The notes under the pieces were generated by a model. It was not told the origin of the DNA. It was given only the letters and a program-made list of their open reading frames with translations, and made no database searches. DNA of 37,911 bases from Candidatus Coatesbacteria bacterium (lineage in GTDB: Bacteria; JAFGND01), in the NCBI GenBank assembly GCA_016927185.1, contig JAFGND010000031.1, positions 1-37,911 on the forward strand. The letters are read 5' to 3'. Of the stretch, positions 8,584 to 17,436 are shown one piece after another. Position numbers and translations under genes: made by a program. The first letter of the stretch is position 1; each line of letters opens with the position of its first letter.

Positions 8584-9702
8584 CTAGTTCTGTTTTTGAT
8601 ATTTTTCAGCCAGCTGTTTGTGTTCCGTATATTTCATATTATTCCCAGTATTAAGATAGCAGACAGCAAGATTTTGATGAGCATTTGCATCTTCCGGGAA
8701 TAGCTTGAGATATTCAAGCCAGGCATCAATTGATTTTTGCCAGTCTTTTGCCTTGATATAAGACATTCCAGCTTTCCAGAAAGCATCTCCCTTATATTTT
8801 TTCTCTTTTTCAAATTCAGCTGACTTCAAAAAAGAGGTAGCTGCATTTTCCCATTGTTCAGTTTCATAATATGCAAGACCGATATTATAATACAATGTTG
8901 AGCTGGAAGGATTGTCTGCAATAAGCTGCTCGTATATTTTCATGGCTTCAGATTGTTTGTTTTCTGCCATAAGCAATGCGGCATATCCTGTCATGGCATC
9001 AGTTCTAATTTTTTTGGCATTTTCCTTGACCTGTTTGTTTGGATTTTTTTCAATATTTTCAGGTTTTGTAGCTTCAATGAGAATAGAATAAATTTCCTTT
9101 GCCTTATCTATTTTCTTGTTCTGTCTGTAAATGGATGCTATATTGGAAAGAACAATAAGGTTATCCTTGTTTTTTTGATATGCCTGATCATATAATTCAA
9201 GAGCTTTTTCTTTCTGATCCATTTTACTATAAATCTGACCTATCATTATGTATCCTTCAGACCATTCTGGTGCAATTATCAAAGCTTTCTTGAAATGATT
9301 GATTGCTTCTTCATATAATTTGGTTTGTTCTGCCTTGTCTTTGCTTTCTTCTGCTTTTTTGTAAGAGCTTACGCCTTCATTTGAAGATCTATTCCTCAAA
9401 AAATCAATTCTAAAAGCATCAATATCCTTTATAAGCTCTGGTTTCAGTTTCATGGCTGCTGCAAAATGATCGTAAGCCTTTTGATAGTCATCTAGTCTAC
9501 CATAGCAAATCCCGGCCTGCATATGTGCATCTGCATCATTTGGCTTGTTTTTTAAATGCTTTTCCCAGAAAACAACTGCTTTATCCCAAATTTCCTGTCT
9601 CATATACAGGGTTGCACTTGTACTTTCTGAAGATGAATAAAGTATTGAACAAGAAATTGAAATAATAATCAAAATTAAGAATAACCTACTTAATTTGCTC
9701 AT
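8584..9702 (-). CDS. Exported TPR-repeat protein
   Basis: N-terminal signal peptide, multiple TPR motifs (YYNIGLAYY, AHQNLAVCY); GGAGGT RBS. Confidence 0.9.
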   Translation of the reverse strand: MSKLSRLFLILIIISISCSILYSSSESTSATLYMRQEIWDKAVVFWEKHLKNKPNDADAHMQAGICYGRLDDYQKAYDHFAAAMKLKPELIKDIDAFRIDFLRNRSSNEGVSSYKKAEESKDKAEQTKLYEEAINHFKKALIIAPEWSEGYIMIGQIYSKMDQKEKALELYDQAYQKNKDNLIVLSNIASIYRQNKKIDKAKEIYSILIEATKPENIEKNPNKQVKENAKKIRTDAMTGYAALLMAENKQSEAMKIYEQLIADNPSSSTLYYNIGLAYYETEQWENAATSFLKSAEFEKEKKYKGDAFWKAGMSYIKAKDWQKSIDAWLEYLKLFPEDANAHQNLAVCYLNTGNNMKYTEHKQLAEKYQKQN

Positions 9703-9907
9703 TACCTAACCTCCATATCTTGTAAATATCATGAATTCCTAAATCAAATTTATCCTTTTTTGGTCAAGTAATATAATAATTTTTTCCAAACTGGAGCAAG
9801 CAATAAATGCTTTATATTAATGATTTCAGAATACAAAAAACAAGAAAGCTCTTTAGCTTATTGTTGACATAAATCATGGCATGCTGTGGATTTGGTTTAA
9901 TATTATT

Positions 9908-10705
9908 ATGGATTTAAACAAAATACCCAAGAGCTTGAATAATCCCGTTCTGGCTGATGAAATTGTCAGAGCTAAAGAGCTGCTTGAAGGAGTTAATGAA
10001 GCGGATCAAACGCAAACAATCATAGAATTTTTTTCAATGGTAATACATGAAGTGAAAAATCCTTTGGCTGCAATCAGAACAATGCATGAAAGCTTTTTTC
10101 TGGAACTGGAATCAGATCTGAGAGACAGACCTGAGGTTATTGTCTATGCAAAGGAATATTCAGACAGAATACTTTCTGAAATAGACCGATTGAATAATCT
10201 ACTTTCGTCAGCTAAGCATTTTTCACAACCTGAAAAAGCAAGATGGGAGCTAGTAAATGTAGTTTGTTTGATAGATGAAATAAATGACATTTATTCACCG
10301 CTTTTCAAGAAACTTGATATTGAATTCAGGATATCTTCGAATGCCCAATTCATAGATTTCTTTTGCAGCAAGGATGAAATTATTCAGCTTATCATAAATC
10401 TTCTTGAGAATTCCAAGAATGCTATTTTGATTAGCAACAATAAACTGAGAAAAATCACTCTGGAGATTCTATTACATAAATCGTATTTTTTCATAATAAT
10501 AAGGGATACAGGATGTGGTTTGAACAAAGATGAAATCAAGGAGATATTCAAGCCTTCCAGGACAAAGAGAAAACATGGTTTGGGATTAGCTGTTTGCAGA
10601 GTTATAGCACAAAGATATAAAGGCAGAATATTCATACATAGCCTAAAGGGACAAGGTTCAACATTTGCATTAGTATTACCTTTAAATCAATCTCAATGCA
10701 AATAA
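9908..10705 (+). CDS. Cytoplasmic histidine kinase (HisKA + HATPase_c), no obvious sensor domain
   Basis: HEVKNPL H-box, NLLENS N-box, DTGCG G1, HGLGL G2, GSTF; start 9908 (track 9881). Confidence 0.9.
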   Translation: MDLNKIPKSLNNPVLADEIVRAKELLEGVNEADQTQTIIEFFSMVIHEVKNPLAAIRTMHESFFLELESDLRDRPEVIVYAKEYSDRILSEIDRLNNLLSSAKHFSQPEKARWELVNVVCLIDEINDIYSPLFKKLDIEFRISSNAQFIDFFCSKDEIIQLIINLLENSKNAILISNNKLRKITLEILLHKSYFFIIIRDTGCGLNKDEIKEIFKPSRTKRKHGLGLAVCRVIAQRYKGRIFIHSLKGQGSTFALVLPLNQSQCK

Positions 10706-10714
10706 AGGAGAAAT

Positions 10715-11731
10715 ATGAAAAGAATTCTTATAATTGATGATGAAGAAAATATTGTCTGGTCATTGCAAAGAATATTGTCAAAGGAATACATTGTAGCTGG
10801 TTTCACACAAGCAGATGATGGATTGATTGCTCTTGCTCAGGGAGATTTCAATCTAGTTATTACTGATCTTCGAATGCCAGGTCTTGATGGTTTTGAAGTT
10901 GTTCAATGGATATTGAAAAATAAACCTAATACCAAGATAATGGTTATTACTGCTCATGGCTCTAGTACAGTAAAGAAGTATCTGCTTGAAAAAGGGGTTT
11001 CGCAATATATTGAAAAGCCTTTTAATGCCAGTGATCTCCAGATAACCATTCATAATCTGCTTAATGAAGAAAGCTACAAAATTATTGAATCTGATTTAGT
11101 AAGTATTCTTACATTACTGGCTAAAAGTAAAAAGAAGAAAATGATTGTTATCCAGGCCGAAAGTGAACATGGTGAAATATATTGCAATGATGGTATGATA
11201 ATACAGGCAATCTGGGGAGAAAAATATGGGAATTATGCATTAAGAGCACTTTTACAGATGAAGGGAATAACAATAACTGTCCAGAATTGGGATCTGGAAG
11301 AGGAATTACTCTTACATCCAGTATTGAATATAGAGATTTCAAGGCTCTTGTTGTTGGGAGAAGAAGAAGAACTTAAGGATAAACAGGAAACTACTGAACC
11401 ACCTGCAGCTTTCGAGGAAGACGAGATACTCAATCAATTACCAGCTGATTTCTTAACAAATTTGTTATCAATAGAAGATCTGACAGGCTGGGGAGTTGCC
11501 CTTGAAGATGGAAGTCCATTAGTATCACATGGAGTTGATATTGAATTCCTAAATACTGCCATATATAATTATTTGAAACAGAAGAAAGACGAAAAAATAC
11601 ATCTTATAAATGATGCTTCGTTCTCTAGTATTATTGTTCCAAACGAACTCATGATAGTAATTTTCTTTTTTCCTCCTAATATAGCAGGTAAAGAGACAAA
11701 AGAGAAGATATCAAAGATTTTCAATAAATGA
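10715..11731 (+). CDS. Response regulator: receiver + DUF4388 (PATAN-like) + C-terminal roadblock-like region
   Basis: IIDDEE, TDLRMPGLDG, ITAHG, EKPF; HGEIYCNDGMIIQA..G.YALRALL; AAGGAG RBS. Confidence 0.85.
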   Translation: MKRILIIDDEENIVWSLQRILSKEYIVAGFTQADDGLIALAQGDFNLVITDLRMPGLDGFEVVQWILKNKPNTKIMVITAHGSSTVKKYLLEKGVSQYIEKPFNASDLQITIHNLLNEESYKIIESDLVSILTLLAKSKKKKMIVIQAESEHGEIYCNDGMIIQAIWGEKYGNYALRALLQMKGITITVQNWDLEEELLLHPVLNIEISRLLLLGEEEELKDKQETTEPPAAFEEDEILNQLPADFLTNLLSIEDLTGWGVALEDGSPLVSHGVDIEFLNTAIYNYLKQKKDEKIHLINDASFSSIIVPNELMIVIFFFPPNIAGKETKEKISKIFNK

Positions 11732-12366
11732 TTATTCATGATTTGACTTTACCTTTAAATGAAGAAATTCCTGTGTATCCAGGAGATCCTCCTTTTAAGA
11801 TAAATACCATAAGTTCACTTGAGAACTCAGATGAATACAACCTGTCATCTATTTCTTTATGTCTTCATTGTGGAACCCATATAGATGCACCATTTCATTT
11901 CAGAAGGAATGGCAAGAAAGTAGAAGATTTTTCTCTTGAATACTTGATTGGAGAAGCCTATATTGTCAATATTTTGAACAGTTCTGTAATAAATGCTGAA
12001 ATAATGAAAAGAGCTGTTGTAAATATTGAAACTGAAAGATTGATTATAAGAACAGGCTTCATGCATCAATCCTTGAACAAGTCATGGGATGAAGGATATC
12101 CATCATTGACTGAAGATGCCTCAGAATGGCTTATTAATAACAAGAAACTGAAAATACTGGGGATAGATTCTCCTGATATTGACTTGTTTCATAACAGGGA
12201 ATTTCCCGTGCATAAAATTTTTGCTGATAATGACATACTTGTTATTGAAAACCTTGATTTAAGCAAAGAGGAAGAAGGCAAGGGAAGAATTATAATTTCT
12301 CCTCTTTATGTTGAAGGAGTTGAAGCACTTCCCGCAAGAGTTTATTTTTTAAAAGATATCGGGTAA
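11728..12366 (+). CDS. Cyclase family protein (kynurenine formamidase KynB-like)
   Basis: DLT, YPGDP, HCGTHIDAPFHF, GIDSPDID, IENL, PARV. Confidence 0.9.
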   Translation: MIIHDLTLPLNEEIPVYPGDPPFKINTISSLENSDEYNLSSISLCLHCGTHIDAPFHFRRNGKKVEDFSLEYLIGEAYIVNILNSSVINAEIMKRAVVNIETERLIIRTGFMHQSLNKSWDEGYPSLTEDASEWLINNKKLKILGIDSPDIDLFHNREFPVHKIFADNDILVIENLDLSKEEEGKGRIIISPLYVEGVEALPARVYFLKDIG

Positions 12367-13551
12367 ATCACTCTCATCAGACCAGTCATCAAGGTCTTCT
12401 GAAAAACGAATAGTTCTCAGTCTTTCTATAATTCCAGGCAAAATCTGAGCGACATATTCAATATCTACAAGTGTATTTTCCCTGCCAAGACTGAATCTTA
12501 TAGTACTAGCTGCATCGGCATCAGAAATACCAATTGCTTTAAGGACATGAGAAGGTTCGAGTAAGTGACTTGAGCTAGCAGCAGCACTGGAGACATATAT
12601 TCCTTTCAAATCCAGTTCCAGGACCAATACTTCACTATCAACTCCATGAAAAGTAATGCTGCTTGTGTTTGGCAGTCTCAATTCCGGATGCCCATTTATC
12701 TTCATATCAACAACAAGAGAGCTTAGTTTTTCCTCAAGCAAGTCTCTCAAGTGCTGAAGATGTTCCATTTCTCCAATAAGCTGGTTTGCTGCAATTTCTG
12801 CTGCCTTTCCGAAACCTACAATACTTGGCACATTTTGCGTACCAGCCCAGTAGTTGCTGTCCTGCAAAGGTCCATATACAAAAGGATCTATTTTAATTCC
12901 GCTTCTTATGTATACAGCCCCAACTCCTTTAGGACCATATACTTTGTGGCTTGATAAAGTAAGAATATCTATACTCAGCTCTTCAACATCCACTGGCAAT
13001 TTCCCAAGGCATTGTATTGCATCGCAATGAAATACAATATCATATTTCTTTACAATATTGGCAATTTCCCTTATTGGCTGGATTGTTCCTATTTCATTAT
13101 TGGCCAGCATTATGCTTACAAGTGCTGTGTTAGGTCCTATTGATTTGGCAACGTCATCAGGATTAATCATGCCATACTTATCAACTGGAATGAAAGTGAC
13201 ATGAGCCCCCATTTGAGCATATTTCTTGAATAAATAGTGAATGCTCAGATGCTCAACATTGCTGCAAATAATTTGCCTTCCTCTAGGTCTTGGAAATATA
13301 GACATAACTCCAGAAATTGCCATATTATTGGATTCTGTTCCACCACTTGTAAAGACAATTTCTTTCGGTTTTGCATTTATTACATCTGCAATTCTTTTTT
13401 GTGCCAATTCGACTGCTTCTTTTGCAGATTTTCCTAATTTGTGAATATTAGCCGGATTTCCGTACTGCTCAGTAAAATATGGTAACATCTCAGCCAATAC
13501 TCTTTTATCTAGTGCAGTTGTTGAATTATGGTCTAAATAGACCGTTCGCAT
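12349..13551 (-). CDS. Group I cysteine desulfurase (IscS/NifS) homologue with catalytic Cys replaced by Ser
   Basis: YLDHNSTT, FTSGGTESNN, ANNEIGTIQP, SSHKVYGPKG (PLP Lys), IRFSLGR; loop reads SSAAASSS instead of SSGSACxS. Confidence 0.9.
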   Translation of the reverse strand: MRTVYLDHNSTTALDKRVLAEMLPYFTEQYGNPANIHKLGKSAKEAVELAQKRIADVINAKPKEIVFTSGGTESNNMAISGVMSIFPRPRGRQIICSNVEHLSIHYLFKKYAQMGAHVTFIPVDKYGMINPDDVAKSIGPNTALVSIMLANNEIGTIQPIREIANIVKKYDIVFHCDAIQCLGKLPVDVEELSIDILTLSSHKVYGPKGVGAVYIRSGIKIDPFVYGPLQDSNYWAGTQNVPSIVGFGKAAEIAANQLIGEMEHLQHLRDLLEEKLSSLVVDMKINGHPELRLPNTSSITFHGVDSEVLVLELDLKGIYVSSAAASSSHLLEPSHVLKAIGISDADAASTIRFSLGRENTLVDIEYVAQILPGIIERLRTIRFSEDLDDWSDESDLPDIF

Positions 13552-13674
13552 TAATTACCTCCCACAAAAAGTAAGTGGCATGGTTACATATAATGTTAAA
13601 TTAGTCAAGGCTTTTGTGGATTTATCAGTATTTCTTGAAAATTTTATTAAAAATCGAGATATTTTTTTGAAGGC

Positions 13675-13702
13675 TTGACAACAATTAAATATTACTTATA
13701 TT
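13675..13702 (+). promoter_or_regulatory. sigma70-type promoter for ferredoxin gene
   Basis: TTGACA-N16-TATATT. Confidence 0.55.
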
Positions 13703-13716
13703 TAAGAATGGTTAGA

Positions 13717-13986
13717 ATGAATAGAAGATACTTCTTGAAACTGGTTGCACTAAGTACATGTGGTTACATTGGTTATACTAAATTGATAGCTGAACAGGAT
13801 GCAAAGGCAGTTTATAAAGTTGATGAATCATTATGCATAAATTGTGGAATTTGCATGAGTGTCTGCGAGGCAGGTGCGATTACTTTAGGCAAGAAACATG
13901 CAAGTATTGATATGAGTAAATGCATTTCATGCGGTAAATGCAAGGATGCCTGCCCAAAAGAAGCTATTTATGAAACTAGTTCTTAG
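13717..13986 (+). CDS. 2x[4Fe-4S] ferredoxin with twin-arginine (Tat) signal
   Basis: MNRRYFLK; CINCGICMSVCE and CISCGKCKDACP; start 13717 or 13708. Confidence 0.85.
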   Translation: MNRRYFLKLVALSTCGYIGYTKLIAEQDAKAVYKVDESLCINCGICMSVCEAGAITLGKKHASIDMSKCISCGKCKDACPKEAIYETSS

Positions 13987-15115
13987 GTTCCATATGAATG
14001 CTTATTGATGCATTAGGAAAAACCATCTTTATTTTGTTTTCAATAACACTGGTTATATCATGAGCTTCTGATAAAGATATGTTTTCCTGAAATGTAAGAT
14101 GCAGATTAATTATCTCAGATTCAGACGAAAGTCTGTAATCAAGATCATGAAAATCTATTATTTTCTTTTTATCAATATTGCTGTTTATTATATCTGATAT
14201 TATCAGACTTCTTTTTTTCAATTCCTCGTCATTTTTCACAGCATGAACATGAAGATTTACGCCAGCAACAAAATTGAATTTCCTGAGCAGATTTTCTTCT
14301 ATTCTATGTATGATTTCATGTACATCATTAAGAGAATAAAATGAGAGGAAGTCTATACCTATATCAAGTATATAGAATGAACCCATTTTTCTGCCATTCA
14401 AATAATTAACTTCATATATTCCTTCTTCATTTAAAAGATATTCCCTTATTTCATTGCTTATTTTCTCAGGAATTGCCTTATCAAGCAAATCATTACAAGC
14501 TTCTTTCAAGATTTTTATTGCAACAACAACTATGAATATCCCAACAACAAAAGCAGCAATAGGATCCAGCAATCCAAATCCAAATACAGCTCCAGTTATT
14601 CCGGCTAAAACACCTATAGATGAATAGGCATCACTTCTGTGATCCCATGCATTCGCTATCACTGCAGGGCTGTCAATCTTTTTTCCTATTCTGTAAGTAT
14701 ATCTGAATAACCATTCCTTTACAATTATTGATATAATAGCTCCAATCAATGCAAACCATGATGGAGAGTTAACAGTTTTTTTAAGTATCAGGTTATCATA
14801 AAAGGAATGTCCTACATCATAGAACAAGAAAATGACAATACCGAAGAGAATTAGAGAAACAAAGATTGCTGCAAGACTCTCTATTTTTCCATGACCGTAG
14901 GGATGATCCTTGTCTTTTGGTTTATATGCATAAAAAAGGCTCAGATAAACGACTGCTGTTGCTAGTATATCTGAGCCTGAATGTATTCCATCAGCTACTA
15001 AAGCTTGAGATTTTGCAAGAATTCCTATAAGAATTTTGATTATTGTGAGTGATATATTTATCCATAAACCAACTTTTGATGCTCTTTTAGCTGCCTCATA
15101 AATCTGCATTCTCAA
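13976..15115 (-). CDS. Cation diffusion facilitator (FieF-like) with two C-terminal dimerisation domains
   Basis: SQALVADGIHSGSD, HPYGHGKIE, ANAWDHRSD, repeated domain ending in VNLHVH and ISIHMEP. Confidence 0.93.
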   Translation of the reverse strand: MRMQIYEAAKRASKVGLWINISLTIIKILIGILAKSQALVADGIHSGSDILATAVVYLSLFYAYKPKDKDHPYGHGKIESLAAIFVSLILFGIVIFLFYDVGHSFYDNLILKKTVNSPSWFALIGAIISIIVKEWLFRYTYRIGKKIDSPAVIANAWDHRSDAYSSIGVLAGITGAVFGFGLLDPIAAFVVGIFIVVVAIKILKEACNDLLDKAIPEKISNEIREYLLNEEGIYEVNYLNGRKMGSFYILDIGIDFLSFYSLNDVHEIIHRIEENLLRKFNFVAGVNLHVHAVKNDEELKKRSLIISDIINSNIDKKKIIDFHDLDYRLSSESEIINLHLTFQENISLSEAHDITSVIENKIKMVFPNASISIHMEPKN

Positions 15116-15642
15116 TCTTGAGTAAGTATTTCATGAAAATTTATATCCATAATCAAGCATGTTGCAAGACCATATATTGGATTTATTCCTTCCCTTAAGG
15201 TTTTCAAGTAATACGTATGCCCCATACCTTTTGCTGGAGTGATTTCTGACATTTCCCCACCATGAGGTCCTGATAATTTCATGCTTAGCTTATTCCAGTC
15301 TCCGGTTCCTTTCAGAATCAGTTCTTTTGTTTCGGGATTAACAAGTTCAAGAACTACTTTTGTTATGGTTTTGACAGATACCTTTGCAAGTTCAGTTCCA
15401 TCAGGAAGAACTAGTCTTAATTGAAGATTCGTAAAGTTTGCATAAACCACTTTAAAAATAAGATTTCCCTCTGTATCATTTACCTGTAATTCCTTGACCT
15501 GGTCTTTTCTCTTAATCAATCCCTTGGCAATCTTTGTTTTGTTTTCAGAATAAATATCATAGCTGGGATTGTTTGTTTTCAGTTGCTGAACTATTTTGAG
15601 GACCTTATGTGGTGCAAGATAAGCCATTGCATCGGATGACAT
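15112..15642 (-). CDS. LURP-one/scramblase (tubby-like barrel) family protein
   Basis: Repeating beta-hairpins (V-x-D-x-x-G-x-x-I, PDGTELAKV, GDW) and C-terminal helix ending LIMD; GGGAGGG RBS. Confidence 0.6.
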   Translation of the reverse strand: MSSDAMAYLAPHKVLKIVQQLKTNNPSYDIYSENKTKIAKGLIKRKDQVKELQVNDTEGNLIFKVVYANFTNLQLRLVLPDGTELAKVSVKTITKVVLELVNPETKELILKGTGDWNKLSMKLSGPHGGEMSEITPAKGMGHTYYLKTLREGINPIYGLATCLIMDINFHEILTQD

Positions 15643-15724
15643 GCTTCCCTCCCTTGAAAGTCTTGTACAACAAAAATAACTTGTACTAATAAAAAAAAGG
15701 GCGTATAACCTGTCCAGAAATTTC

Positions 15725-17422
15725 TTAAGAAAACTGTATATCTCTTATTTTCAATTGAATCTTTGTTATTCCATTGAAATAGTTCGTTTCTGGTTCATAA
15801 ACCATATTGATTTTTGGGGAGGTTAATTTATCAAATAAATACCCCATATTCCAGCCAATTGTTTCCAGATGGCCTTGTGTTTTTGATTTAACATATATTT
15901 TGATATGCTTGCCTTCACTCAATTTCCGCTTATCTATTACCTGTAAATCATAGCTTGCCAAAATGGGATAATTATTGCTGTTTCCAAATGGAGCAAGCAT
16001 GCCTATTTCGTTTATCAAATCCAGAGAAAGAGATTCTATCGGGATTACAGCATCTATTTCCAGTTTGGGAATAAGATCCTCTTTTTTAAGTATTTCTTTT
16101 GAATAAGTATTTAATTCAGATTTAAGCTTGTTAATGTTTTTTTCATCTATTGTAAATCCTGCTGCCTGTGGATGCCCTCCTAATCTCAGAAAATATCCCT
16201 GAAATTTCCTCAAAGCATCAATTATATTGAATTCAGGGATACTTCTGCATGAACCAACTCCTATATTCTTGGATAATGATATCACTATTGTTGGTTTATA
16301 TAGATTATCTTGGAGTTTCGAAGCAACTAAACCTATTATTCCAGCATGGAGATCTTTACCTACTGCAAAATTAATATACGCATCTTCGCTTGCTTCTTCA
16401 GATAATTGCATCTCCATCTTCTTCAGGATTTTTTCCTGTTCATCCTGTCTTTGACTGTTTATTTTATTCAGTTCAATTGCAAGTTTTTCCGCTCTTGCCG
16501 GATTATCAGTAAGCAGCAATTCCGTAGCTAGGGATGGTTCCCCCATTCTACCGGCAGCATTAAGTCTTGGTCCCAGATAGAAGCCTAAATGCATAGTATT
16601 TATATTTTTTTTATCCAGTCTGGATATTCTTATTAGAGAGTCCAAGCCTAATATTTTTGTATTGGCAATGGCTTTCAGACCATGATAAACGAACAATCTG
16701 TTTTCTCCCATTAAAGGAGCTACATCTACTACTGTTCCTAAAGCGAGAAGCTCCATCAGTGGTAACCAGTCTATCTTTTTATTCATTTTTCTAGCTAATG
16801 CTCTTGCAAGCTGAAATGCAACTCCTACTCCAGCGATATGCTGATTAGGATAGCAATCTCCTTTATCATTTTTCAAGGATGGGAGCAAGATTAAATCATT
16901 TGATGGTAATTCATTAACAATTTGGTGGTGATCAGTAACAATAACTTCCATTCCCTCATTATTTGCTTTTTCAACTGCCTTTCTATCTGTCACTCCACAA
17001 TCAACAGTAATTATGAGATCTACTGATTTTTTTTTTGCATATTCAGTTATCCATCCATGAAAACCGTATCCATCCTTAAGTCTGTTAGGTTGAAAGAATA
17101 TGAAATTATTGTAATCTATTGAATTAAAAAATCTTCCCAGGATTGCACAAGAAGCACTTCCATCAACATCATAGTCACCATATATAAGTATTTTTTTCCC
17201 TTTTTTAATTATATCTATTATTTTATCGGTAACTGGATGCATGTTCGTGAATAAGAATGGATCATTGGCCTTGTTCTGATCAAAATTCAAGAAATCATAA
17301 GCTGAATTTACATCTGTAATGCCTCTGTTAAGCAATATTTGTCCTGTCAAAGCAGATACATTCAGCTTATCTGCTATTTCTCTTGCTTTATCATGGTTTT
17401 GGCAGGCTAATTTCCAAATCAC
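15725..17422 (-). CDS. recJ: Single-stranded-DNA-specific exonuclease RecJ
   Basis: YGDYDVDG, ITVDCG, TDHH, GTVVDVAPLMGENR, PRLNAAGR, GGHPQAAG. Confidence 0.97.
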   Translation of the reverse strand: MIWKLACQNHDKAREIADKLNVSALTGQILLNRGITDVNSAYDFLNFDQNKANDPFLFTNMHPVTDKIIDIIKKGKKILIYGDYDVDGSASCAILGRFFNSIDYNNFIFFQPNRLKDGYGFHGWITEYAKKKSVDLIITVDCGVTDRKAVEKANNEGMEVIVTDHHQIVNELPSNDLILLPSLKNDKGDCYPNQHIAGVGVAFQLARALARKMNKKIDWLPLMELLALGTVVDVAPLMGENRLFVYHGLKAIANTKILGLDSLIRISRLDKKNINTMHLGFYLGPRLNAAGRMGEPSLATELLLTDNPARAEKLAIELNKINSQRQDEQEKILKKMEMQLSEEASEDAYINFAVGKDLHAGIIGLVASKLQDNLYKPTIVISLSKNIGVGSCRSIPEFNIIDALRKFQGYFLRLGGHPQAAGFTIDEKNINKLKSELNTYSKEILKKEDLIPKLEIDAVIPIESLSLDLINEIGMLAPFGNSNNYPILASYDLQVIDKRKLSEGKHIKIYVKSKTQGHLETIGWNMGYLFDKLTSPKINMVYEPETNYFNGITKIQLKIRDIQFS

Positions 17423-17436
17423 CTGCTGTCTTTCTT

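Noticed and set aside
12574-12576. Selenocysteine at the IscS or TlpA active site
   Set aside because: The IscS codon is AGC, not TGA; TlpA has a normal WCGPC.
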